A stretch of 63,953 nucleotides of DNA, counting the filler, from Welwitschia mirabilis (lineage: Eukaryota), in the NCBI GenBank assembly GCA_051453625.1. It is 5 parts of one record of this genome, joined end to end, with 100 filler letters (N's around TTAATTAATTAA, not from the genome) between each part and the next. Parts side by side here need not be neighbours in the genome. Positions count along the whole stretch, not along the records: positions 35,983 to 58,147 come from JBOZIK010000001.1; positions 58,248 to 60,703 come from JBOZIK010000001.1; positions 60,804 to 63,953 come from JBOZIK010000001.1; 2 more parts are not named here. One strand, 5' to 3'. A program made the position numbers and the translations under genes. The notes under the pieces are model-generated. The model saw nothing but the letters and a program-made list of their open reading frames with translations. It had not been told where the DNA came from and made no database searches. This document shows, piece by piece, positions 53,306 through 63,953 of the stretch; positions within the stretch are counted from its first letter, which is position 1; each line of letters starts with the position of its first letter.

Positions 53306-53568
53306 TTGTTGATGTAGTTCTGAGTCTTACAAAAATTATGTTTCTTTTATGTCATTGTACTTAGGCATATTATTTTTTTTGTGGAATTGGTAATTGATAA
53401 TTATGTAATGATGATGACTTTCTTTTATCTTAAATTACCATTTTATCTAAAAATGCAATGTAATTTTTGATTTGATTTTGAGGTTTTTCTTCCCCGATAA
53501 TTTGGCATGGCAAAGTCCTCTTTTACTTTGTTTATCAAGGGACTAACAAAATTCTAGGTGGAGGGCTA

Positions 53569-54766
53569 TGTTGCAATCCCAAATTATCATGTTTTAATGG
53601 TGTAATTAGTGATGTTTTATAGGGAATAGGAATTTAATTCAGTCATTTTCAGGCATTTTATCATGAACCAATTTAACATTCTAATTATGATATTAAATGC
53701 CATATTTTCATTTAGAAAAGCAAGAATTCAAGTAAGGAATAAAGTGGAGTAAAAAGTAAAGAAAAAGACCAACAAAATGAATATTGTCCCCTATGTCATC
53801 CCCATGATATAGGGTACAATACATGAATAATGGCATTAGAAGAAGTCTGGCTTAGGCTGACTTGATAAGGCTAATGTGACTTGCTGATGTGGTTGTTATG
53901 GCGTCTGTCATTTTTATGACAATAAGAGATGACATAGCCATTAGTTTTTGAATTCAAAGAACAACGAGATTCTGATATGATGGGCTATGATTAGCTAATG
54001 AAGGGGTGTCATGTCCTCTATCATGCCCATGATTATAGTAACACGATAGTGCCACAACTTCTTTCTAACTGAGTTAATTAAGATTTAGTTTGCATCTAAT
54101 GATGACTCTTTGCCTATATCGACCTCCCTGACTCGTAACCACCTTAGGAAAGCTATAAAAACCCCCATTTAGCATCATTTGATTATTGTTTTAGCATTGG
54201 AGGATTGGTGAAAAAAGCATCCAAGGAGTCAAGCATTCATTTCAGCATAGGAGAGATTATTCTTGATGTGAAGGCTATGTTTCTGACATTGAGGAGTCAC
54301 TACCCTACTGAGGTATTGTAAGATATTTCATTGATTTAGGAAAATGTCTTTCTTGTTCTTCAAATCTTATGATTTCTCTTATGATTTGTATTGAAGTTTT
54401 ACTAATACTATTTCTTAGATTAATTCCAAATTAGACATAGGTCATAAGGGCTATGTTGGATGATAATAACTCAGAAATTTGGTTATCATAGGCTTACATT
54501 TCATTTCTCTTTTGTAATTTGCATTGCACAATTATAATAGTTGCATTGTCAATTTCCTTTTTTCATGATAAAAACACAAAATTAATTTTAAAATTAGATT
54601 GGAATTCAAGTTATATTCTTTTTTATTTATGTGCTTAATTAGATTGTTGCCTTACACTCTCCAGATTACGACATTCATTGATTAATTCACCTTATACTAA
54701 GCCTAGTTGCAATTTTCTTATCTCAAGAATTGATTACTTTTGAAGTGTAAATTTAGGCCACCAACA
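53569..54766 (+). repeat. 3' LTR
   Basis: PPT then tgttgcaatccc..ggccaccaaca. Confidence 0.93.
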
Positions 54767-55059
54767 ATTAGATGTAAAACTAATTTAAATGAAAAATCTA
54801 ACTGATTACCAAATCAGCCTATTATGGAGATCAGCCTTGTACAATCTAGATCAATCAAGTAAATCCATCACCTAGCCAAGATCAATCTAAGCTATTAAGT
54901 GCATCGAATAGAATATGAAAACAATGCAAAGTTAATCTAAGAAATGAAATGCAATGCACCTAAACTATCAATATCAATTTTAATGAAGATTATCCTTATG
55001 ATATATGTTAGAGATGAAGCTATCATAGAATCATAAGAAACATAAACCATAAGGAAGAT

Positions 55060-57377
55060 TGTTGTGGTACATAATTTTATAATATTTCATCCTTTATTGA
55101 ATCTCATTAATCACAAATATATATGTTGCACATATGATATACTAGTATAGATGGGAGTAACCCAAATGTCATAAATCCATTGAAGGAATGTGAGAGAAAA
55201 AAAAGATGAATTTATTTTAGAAGAATATTATATCCTAAGCCTAAGAATAATGTAAGAAAAGAAACATGCAATGTAATGCAAATGAAATTTAACCTAGATG
55301 AGCACTTATCCAATTACCAAATCGACTTATTAGGAAGATTAGTCTTACATAACATAAATCAACTATGGAAACTATCACCAACCATAACTAACTTAAGCTA
55401 TTAATTAAGTCAAATATAATGTAATGTAATTTAATATAAAAATGCACCTAAAGTAATATCATCAATCTTAATAAATTTTACCCTTAAGACCTATATCATA
55501 AGTAAAACTGTCACTGAATTAAGAATAATATAAACCACAAGGAATATGTAAAGTATTAAAGAAATAAAAGAGAAACAACACTTATATTAATTAAACCAAC
55601 ATCTAAGTTACAAAGCAATGCACCTCAATGGATGATGCATAACCCAATACCACAGAGACATCTCTCTACAATTACTCAATATGGATCTCCTTTCCTTTAA
55701 TCTCTTATTACTAGAACTTTTGATGCATTGGAGATTAAAATAAAGATCAAAGGGAAGATTTATTTATATAATAAGAAAACTACAACCATTACTCAACATA
55801 TAATAGTCATGCTAGAAAATGTTCTCAATCCTGAGAAAGAAATGGATGAAAGTTAGCAAGCTATTTTAGTATCATACTTAATGTCATTTAGACAACTAAG
55901 GGAATAATGATAGCTATTAAAGCTCCACATAAGCTTCTCAATTTATCCTATAATATTTCCATATTATTAAGTATTATGTTATCATCCTAGCTATCATCTA
56001 AGAAATGAAGGGAATGACAAAATATCTAAAATACTTCTTAAATTATTCTAGCTCCTAGTTTTATCACATTTACTTTAGACAAGCAATGTCTGTGAAGTGC
56101 TTCAAATACTTGAAAAAAATGATAGAGTTTATATGATTTCATGACTTTTGTTCTAACTCTTAAAAATAGTAGAAATTCAGCATAAACCTATCTAATGTTC
56201 TATAAAATAACTCATAAAACCTTATTAAATACACACAATTTGGTAGTACATCATAGCCCCCCACTTAGCCTTGTTAGTCCTTAACAAAAATAATTAAACA
56301 AGTATGATTATGAGTCAAATTTCCTTAAATAAAAAACCAATTAAGAATTATAAAGTATGCTCATAAATGATTTTTTAAAATATCTTAGAGAGAAGGAAAT
56401 GTAAAAATTACATGAAGGATTTGTTTTACCTACACAAAACATCTGTATAAGCTATCATTTGCTTATTGACTGGGTGATCATGGGGATAACAGTTAAACAA
56501 AAGGCCTAGGAAAAATAGAAGCCTACAAAAATATTTTTTCAAAGAGAAAAGTATTAGTACACATTTAAACAGTTAATAGCACTTCACTTAAATTTTATTA
56601 TATTATAAAAATGATAGTGTGTAATAAATATCAATATAATAAAAAATAGAATCATAAAATATGGATAACAATAATAGATATAAAAGATATTCTCCAAAAT
56701 TAGGTCTATAAAATTCAATGTTTTTGGTATAATTCATGAAGGAAATATATAAAAGTACATCAAAACTATTACTTCCCTCATCTTGCCACAATGAATTCCT
56801 AATGGGCAATAGACTCAAGTGTAGGTGAAAAAGACAAAGAATGCTTAGGATATATAGGGAAATGCTAGTCAAGTGATGAAGTAATAGATTGAGTGATTTC
56901 ATATCCCTATACTTTGACTGACTTTTGAAGATCAACCATCATACCATACTCTATCCACAAAATGCACTATCACATATTAGTAAGCGATTCCTTAGTTTGT
57001 TAGACTCTTTTCTTAATAACATCTATCTTGTCTCTAATTTCAATAAGGCCTAGGTCTACTATCTTTCTAAGACCCCATATGATCTAAATGATAAATGCCT
57101 GAATTGGTTTAATATTGGCCGCAACTATAGGTTTCTATACCTGAGGTCTCTTTATCTATTTTAAAATCTGTATCTTGTTGTCTTATAGGTAGTGAGATAA
57201 AGTCTATAAGTTTGTCAATATTTCCTCTTCCACATGCTCAAGTATGCTAAAACATTTGAATATCATTGAGAGAAGGCATGGGTATTCTAGAGTTTGTAAA
57301 TATCTCACCTCAATCATGGATTTGAGTCTCTGCCAAATGAAAGTCAAGAGATCCATCTACTTTCCCTCCCTAAATAT
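55060..57377 (-). mobile_element. 3' end of another Athila-type element: LTR 55060-56253, PPT 56254-56264, C-terminal part of the extra ORF ~56800-57377
   Basis: TG..CA LTR; minus-strand gtggggggcta PPT; minus translation MDLLTFIWQRLKSMI..LEYPCLLSMIF homologous to the 52.7-kb ORF segment. Confidence 0.8.
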
Positions 57378-58147
57378 TGCTAATATCTAAAGATGCATCA
57401 TCATGGCATATGTCATATTTTGTATCTTGTGAACCTTATTTACTTAAACATTAAGTATATTAATCTTTTATTTAATGGTTAATTATCCTTATTTAAGTGC
57501 ATTATCAAATAAGATGTCATTTTAAAATTAACTTTAGTTTTTAATCTTTATAATTTACTATGAAAGTAATAAAAATTGTGTTAAAAGGTTTTATGAGAAA
57601 ATCTATTCAAATATTTAAATTACATAATTTCATAATGTGAGCAATTAAAATCACATGATGAAACTAACAAATTGGAAGTTTCATGAGGACATAATAATAT
57701 ATTTTACATCTTATTTACTAATTTATTTTCTTAGTAAATGTGATATGTGTACTATATTATGAATGAAGTTTCTTATCCTTTGTTATGTGATTGATATATT
57801 TTATGTAACTTCAAATAAATGAGCATTTGAAAAAGTACATGAACTATTAACTATAACCAAGAATGATAAATGAGTAGAGTTTATCTATCATAACTTTTAT
57901 GTTCTTAAGATGTGTAAGGTCACTTTCTTCACAGCATACTCATTTTTTTATTCATTAGAATTGAAGAGTTTATCTCATTGTGCCACATGTAAATTTTGAG
58001 ATTTGTGCATTTATTCTTTTGATAAATGTTTTAAATGAATTTAACCTACTCATGAGCCTATTAAGGATTAAAAATAGCTAGCATGAGAAAATGACGCATG
58101 TAATTAAACTTTCTAATTGAAGAAAGAAGATTATTCACCCTAGCTAG
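57378..58147. mobile_element. Second copy (inverted) of the 38.8-41.0 kb LTR-like repeat
   Basis: Reverse-complement similarity to 40460-41017 (e.g. ccaagaatgataaatgagtaga, aattaaaatcacatgatg); interrupts the extra ORF. Confidence 0.7.
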
Positions 58148-58247
58148 NNNNNNNNNNNNNNNNNNNNNNNNNNNNNNNNNNNNNNNNNNNNTTAATTAAT
58201 TAANNNNNNNNNNNNNNNNNNNNNNNNNNNNNNNNNNNNNNNNNNNN
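58148..58247. other. Artificial scaffold linker
   Basis: 44 N + TTAATTAATTAA + 44 N. Confidence 0.97.
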
Positions 58248-58419
58248 ATCATTTTAGCTACTCAACTTATTTTACCATTATAGGCTTTAACTATTATAAA
58301 TCTTTGAAAAAATCATATATTTTCTTGAATAAAAAACAAGTAACTCAAAATGCAAAAGCTTATAAAATAATAAAATCCCAAAAGATAAAATAATCTTGGT
58401 GAAATGATAAAATAGTAAT

Positions 58420-58843
58420 ATAGAAAATTTTCTAGTAAATCCTAATGATCAAGAAAAACTACCCAAAATTAATCAATTTTTACCACAAGTAGTCAAATTA
58501 GAACTTAAAAGTATGTTATCATCAAATAAAGATATCTTTGCTTGACATTATTAAGATATGTTAGGCATTGATAAGTTAAACATCATGTGTAATATTATTT
58601 TATGATCAAATTTAACCTTATTAAAATAAAAACTTAAAAAATTCAATCATTGTCTTGCATTGATAGTTAAATAAGAATCAAAACTTCATTTAATTGTTGA
58701 TTTCATCTGACTTAAAGATCATTTATACTAGTTATTTAACATGGTAATCATTTCAAAAAAGAATATACAAATTAAGATTTGTATTGAATACCATGATTTT
58801 AATAAAGTAACTTAAGAAGACAATTATCCTTCAGCAAATATCC
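58420..58843 (+). pseudogene. Tat/Ogre-like gypsy RT N-terminal fragment, strongly decayed
   Basis: NKDIFA*HY*DMLGID..K*KLKKF..NMVIISKKNIQIKICIEYHDFNKVT*EDNYP (cf. DVFAWSYQDMPGLD..KQKLRR..CVDYRDLNKA.PKDNFP). Confidence 0.7.
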
Positions 58844-58844
58844 A

Positions 58845-60703
58845 ATTCTAGTATCTATGATGCAGTGGACGGTTGCGTAAAAATCTCTACCTAGAAGTAG
58901 GGGATATGTATTTTGATTCTGAACTTCTAAAACAACTACATATATGGGGTAGAAAGCTTCCTCTATCTAAATGACTAAGTCCTTTATCACTCCTAAGGGT
59001 TTCTTAATAGATGAATCAGCTAAGTCCAAGACAATGTTTGTATGTTCTATTCTCTCTTCCAATTCTAAATATTTACAAATTTGCAAGGGTATGATGTTAA
59101 CACTAGCTCTTATATCGATCAAGGCTTTATTAATTCTTTGATTCCCTTCTAATATGACACTAACTGTTGCTGCCCCTGGATCTTTAAATTTTGGATACTT
59201 CTAAGAAACTAAATTGCTAATGGATTGAGCTAGGAAGAGTTTACTCAGGATGACTCATTTTTGCTTTCTTATAATTAGGTCTTTCCATATCTTAGAGTAT
59301 TTTGGATTTTCTTGCAAAATTTTCTAGAAAGGTAAATTGATACTTACATTTTTCATCAAGGCTTTTAGATGATCATCAAAGACAGGGTTTTCATTAAGTC
59401 TATTAAGCCATGGGGTAGTAGTTTTCTTTTATAATGAATTTTTATTTTTATTGCTAAGTGGAGGAGGGAAAGAATAGTTTTCTAAAATCTCTATGTCCTC
59501 TTCATCATCGTTCTTATTATTGTGGGAAGTTGAAGCCTCATGATTATTGGGAGTTGTATTGGTTTTACTCCTTATCACTACCTTATAATCTTTTTATACT
59601 TCATTAGGGTTCGATAAAAGTTATGTAGTAAGGGTCCCTTCTGGTCTTTGGNNNNNNNNNNNNNNNNNNNNNNNNNNNNNNNNNNNNNNNNNNNNNNNNN
59701 NNNNNNNNNNNNNNNNNNNNNNNNNNNNNNNNNNNNNNNNNNNNNNNNNNNNNNNNNNNNNNNNNNNNNNNNNNNNNNNNNNNNNNNNNNNNNNNNNNNN
59801 NNNNNNNNNNNNNNNNNNNNNNNNNNNNNNNNNNNNNNNNNNNNNNNNNNNNNNNNNNNNNNNNNNNNNNNNNNNNNNNNNNNNNNNNNNNNNNNNNNNN
59901 NNNNNNNNNNNNNNNNNNNNNNNNNNNNNNNNNNNNNNNNNNNNNNNNNNNNNNNNNNNNNNNNNNNNNNNNNNNNNNNNNNNNNNNNNNNNNNNNNNNN
60001 NNNNNNNNNNNNNNNNNNNNNNNNNNNNNNNNNNNNNNNNNNNNNNNNNNNNNNNNNNNNNNNNNNNNNNNNNNNNNNNNNNNNNNNNNNNNNNNNNNNN
60101 NNNNNNNNNNNNNNNNNNNNNNNNNNNNNNNNNNNNNNNNNNNNNNNNNNNNNNNNNNNNNNNNNNNNNNNNNNNNNNNNNNNNNNNNNNNNNNNNNNNN
60201 NNNNNNNNNNNNNNNNNNNNNNNNNNNNNNNNNNNNNNNNNNNNNNNNNNNNNNNNNNNNNNNNNNNNNNNNNNNNNNNNNNNNNNNNNNNNNNNNNNNN
60301 NNNNNNNNNNNNNNNNNNNNNNNNNNNNNNNNNNNNNNNNNNNNNNNNNNNNNNNNNNNNNNNNNNNNNNNNNNNNNNNNNNNNNNNNNNNNNNNNNNNN
60401 NNNNNNNNNNNNNNNNNNNNNNNNNNNNNNNNNNNNNNNNNNGTGGGAAGTAAAGGACAATCTTTTGTAATGTGATAATTATATTCACATAAATCATAAA
60501 TTGGACTAATAAGTTGACTCCTCTCAGTTGCTACTTTAGCGTCTAGGATCATCTGAGTGTATTTCTCTAAAGTAGATGTAAAATCCTTAATGACGCTAGT
60601 TGGTTTATGTTCTATTTTGATTACAGCTTTCTCATATTTGACTTCTTTAGGATCTTTAATGATTTGGCCTACTGTTCTATTCTCTTGAGATGAGGGTTTT
60701 AGC
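58845..60703 (-). pseudogene. Athila gag-protease fragment, relative of the 42.5-kb family
   Basis: CEYNYHITKDCPLLP, KFKDPGAATVS, KALIDIRASV (protease DxGAS site), YPLLLGRDFYATVHCIIDTR. Confidence 0.85.
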
Positions 60704-60803
60704 NNNNNNNNNNNNNNNNNNNNNNNNNNNNNNNNNNNNNNNNNNNNTTAATTAATTAANNNNNNNNNNNNNNNNNNNNNNNNNNNNNNNNNNNNNNNNN
60801 NNN
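60704..60803. other. Artificial scaffold linker
   Basis: 44 N + TTAATTAATTAA + 44 N. Confidence 0.97.
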
Positions 60804-63800
60804 TAAGAGTGATGTTTCTTCTTGGAATCTTTACTTAGAACCCAAGAAAAAGACATTGGAAGGCTTCTTCCTATGTGGTAATCCTTTGAGATTGTACAAA
60901 GCACAAGAAGATAGACCTAGTAAGGGGAAATTATTGCATAAAAAAGATAATAGAAAAAGAAGATACAATTTATAATAAAAAGGGTACATAATATAAACAA
61001 CAAGTGGAAACAATGTGTCATCCTCTAAAGGTGAATAATCTTACTTGGATAGGGGTAGACCTTAAATGTAATCTTGCCTTTGATCAAAAGGCACGTAGAT
61101 CTCTTTAAGTAATCTTCTCAAAGCAAGTAGATTGCACTAATAGGTATTAGATAAAAACCAAAATTAAATAAAGGTAAGAATAGCACAAATTCAATCCACT
61201 TACTTTTGATTTGAATGCACTTGATAGCTTGTTCTGACGCTCCCTGACAATGACACTAAAATTTTGGTGGCCTAAATTTGCAATTTAAAAGTAATCAATT
61301 CTTGAAATAATGAAATTGCAATTAGGCTTAGTATAGAGTGATTCAACCAATGAGTGTCATAATCTAGAGAGTGTAAGATAACATTCCAATCAAATACATT
61401 AATAAACAAGAATAAATACTTTGATTTCAATCCAATGTTTTTAATCAGTTTTGTATTTTTATAATCCAAAAAGAAAAACTAACAATGAAACTATTCTCAT
61501 TTGAAATGTAAAATGAAAGAGAGATGAAATGAAAGCTTATGATAACCAAATTTCTGAGTTTTTGTCACCCAACTTAGTCCTTATGACCTATGTTTAATTT
61601 AGAATTAATCTAAGAAATAGCATTAATTGAACTTCAACACAAACCATAAAAAATCATAAGAATTAAAGAAGAAAGACAATTTATTAAATGAATTGAATGT
61701 CTTACAAGCACCTCAACAAGGTAGTAACTCCTCAATATCTGAAGCATAGCCTAATCACTAAGAATTATCTCTCTTATGCTGAAATGGACACTTGACTCCT
61801 TGGATTCTTTTGTCATCAATTCTCTAATGCCAAAAAGATTATTAAATAATGCTAAATGAGGGCTTTTATAGCTTCCCTAAGATGGTTACAGGTCAAGAAG
61901 GTCAGTACAAATGAAAAGGCATCATTAGGCATAAACTAAACCTTAATTAACTTAATTAAGAAGAAGTTATGGCATTGTCATATTACTTTCATCATGGGGA
62001 CGACATGTAACACAACATCCCTTCATCATCTAATCATAACCCTCTACATCACAGACGTGTTGGAATTTGAATTCAAAAATTAATGGATATGTAGTCTCCT
62101 ATGTCATGGGGATGACACACACCACAATAGCTACATCAGCCTCATCAAGCCAGCCTCTATAAGCCTACTTTAAATGCCTTTAACCTTGTGATCATGCTCT
62201 TTATTATGGAGANNNNNNNNNNAGATGAAATTAGGGATGATAATCATTTTGTTGATTTTTTCCTCCACTTTTTACTCCACTTTATTCCTTGGTTAAATTC
62301 TTATTTTTCTAGATGAAAATATGGCACTTAAGGTTATAATTGAATTATTAGATCAATTCATGACAAAATTCCTAAAAATGACTAAATTGAGTTCTTGTTC
62401 CTTCTAAAACATCGCCAATTATACTATTAAAACATGATAATTTGGGATCGCAACATATCCCTCCACCTAGCATTTTGTCAGTCCCTCAATAAATAAAGTA
62501 AAAGAGGACTTTGCAATGCAAAATTACTGGTGAAGAAAAACCTCAAAGTCAAATCAAAGGTTACATTACATGTCTAGATAAACTAGCAATTTAAGATAAA
62601 AGAAAGTCATCATCATTACATAAGTATCGATTACCAGTTTCAAAAAATAATGTGCCTGAGTACAATGATATGAAAGAAACATAGTTTTTTTATAAAACTC
62701 AGAACTACATCAATAATCATGAGTCCTTGTGTGGAGATGATTGGAAGTCAACCTCCATGTTAGTATCTCNNNNNNNNNNTAATGGTTGCTGCTCTTGGAT
62801 CTTTGAATTTTGAACATTTTTGCATCACTAAGTTGATCATAAATTGGGCTAAAAACACTCTACTTGGTAATTTATGTTTTTGCTTCCTCCTGCAAAGATC
62901 CTTCCATACTTTGGCATACTTAGGATTATCTTGAAGTATGTACCAAAATGATAGTGTGACATTGACATCCTTCATGATTATTTTGATGTACTCATCATAA
63001 GTTGGATTAGAGTTGAGTCTATCTAGCCAAGGGGTAAGATGTTTTCTTCTTTTTTTAGTGATTCATTCTTATTGGTTGAAGTGGAAGTGAAAGGAAAGTG
63101 TGGATTATCAAATNNNNNNNNNNNNNNNNNNNNNNNNNNNNNNNNNNNNNNNNNNNNNNNNNNNNNNNNNNNNNNNNNNNNNNNNNNNNNNNNNNNNNNN
63201 NNNNNNNNNNNNNNNNNNNNNNNNNNNNNNNNNNNNNNNNNNNNNNNNNNNNNNNNNNNNNNNNNNNNNNNNNNNNNNNNNNNNNNNNNNNNNNNNNNNN
63301 NNNNNNNNNNNNNNNNACTTTTTTGTGTTTGCTCAATACTCTTATGTGTTTGTTCATGAATGCTTTTTATCTCTATCATAGCTTCCTTAATTGGGTCCTC
63401 CTTGCACTGATTATATCCTTCATATCTTGGATTATATGGTTGTTTAAAGGTGGGTTTATACTCAATTTTGAAAAAATAACTTAGTGATAATAAGGCTTTT
63501 TCTCATTATGGTAAGATCCTTTGTAATGATTAGGGTCTAATTGATTTGCATAGAACACTTCTTCCCTTACCACTTCTTTCATAGTTGGCAAAAATGGGCA
63601 TTTACTCAATAAGTGATTTTCTTCACATAATTCACAAGTAGAAGTTGATCTGGTATGGGCCTTTGTTAATTTTACCTCTTGGTTTGCTTTCACTATTCTT
63701 CTTACAAGTGGGCTATCAATGTCACTACTATCTTCATCTTTATACACGAGTTATTTTTGTTTTCCCTCTCAATGTTTGATATGATGGATTTCTCTCAAAG

Positions 63801-63953
63801 ATTACTCGAGAGTTTTCTTTTCTCTAGGCTTAGGCCATGTTTAGCTAAGTTCAGCTAAGTCTTGTAAATGTTGTCATGCTTCATCAGTTATTTGTTGAAA
63901 TAAAATCCCTTCACAAGAAAGATCTACCATTTGTTTTGTTACACTAGTGAGTC
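60804..63953 (-). mobile_element. Inverted copies of the 42.5-kb Athila family arranged around one LTR (61262-62455)
   Basis: Minus-strand order: gag/PR start (63953-62780), 10-N gap, extra-ORF tail and 3' UTR (62769-62471), PPT (62456-62470), LTR, PBS (61241-61258), 5' UTR (to 60804). Confidence 0.9.

Larger units (their letters stand above)
42540..54766 (+). mobile_element. Near-complete Athila-type Ty3/gypsy element (~12.2 kb), decayed
   Basis: LTRs 42540-43733 and 53569-54766 (TG..CA). PBS 43737-43754 tgttgccattattgggga. gag-PR-RT-RH-INT, then an extra ORF, then PPT aggtggaggg at 53556-53565. Confidence 0.93.

Noticed and set aside
42540..63953. Large inverted repeat between the 42.5-54.8 kb element and 60.8-64.0 kb as a hairpin RNA source
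   Set aside because: The copies are on different scaffolds separated by two linkers and are diverged, so their distance and orientation are unverified.

Overview
AT-rich plant draft-genome window. It consists of five scaffolds joined by artificial 100-bp linkers (44N-TTAATTAATTAA-44N) and contains many internal N gaps. I see no intact protein-coding gene, RNA gene or CRISPR array, and the long X-filled ORFs are gap artefacts. The only host-gene remnant is a disrupted serine carboxypeptidase-like (S10, SCPL48/49/CBP3-type) 5' region at ~3.0-3.5 kb (-). The rest is a deeply nested, mostly decayed retrotransposon stack: a three-LTR Ty1/copia element with an exact ACTAT target-site duplication (4460-10926); a Sirevirus with gag but no visible pol; many Athila-type Ty3/gypsy copies with tRNA-Asp-type primer sites, including a near-complete 12.2-kb copy at 42540-54766; a Tat/Ogre-like RT fragment; an unclassified long LTR; and a plant L1 LINE fragment. 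I found no convincing previously undescribed system. The most interesting leads are the Athila extra ('env-like') ORF seen in several copies, a recurrent GTCAT-N4-ATGAC palindromic motif in those elements, and several tandem shared-LTR architectures. Boundaries and translations were read by eye, so coordinates marked approximate may be off by tens of bases.
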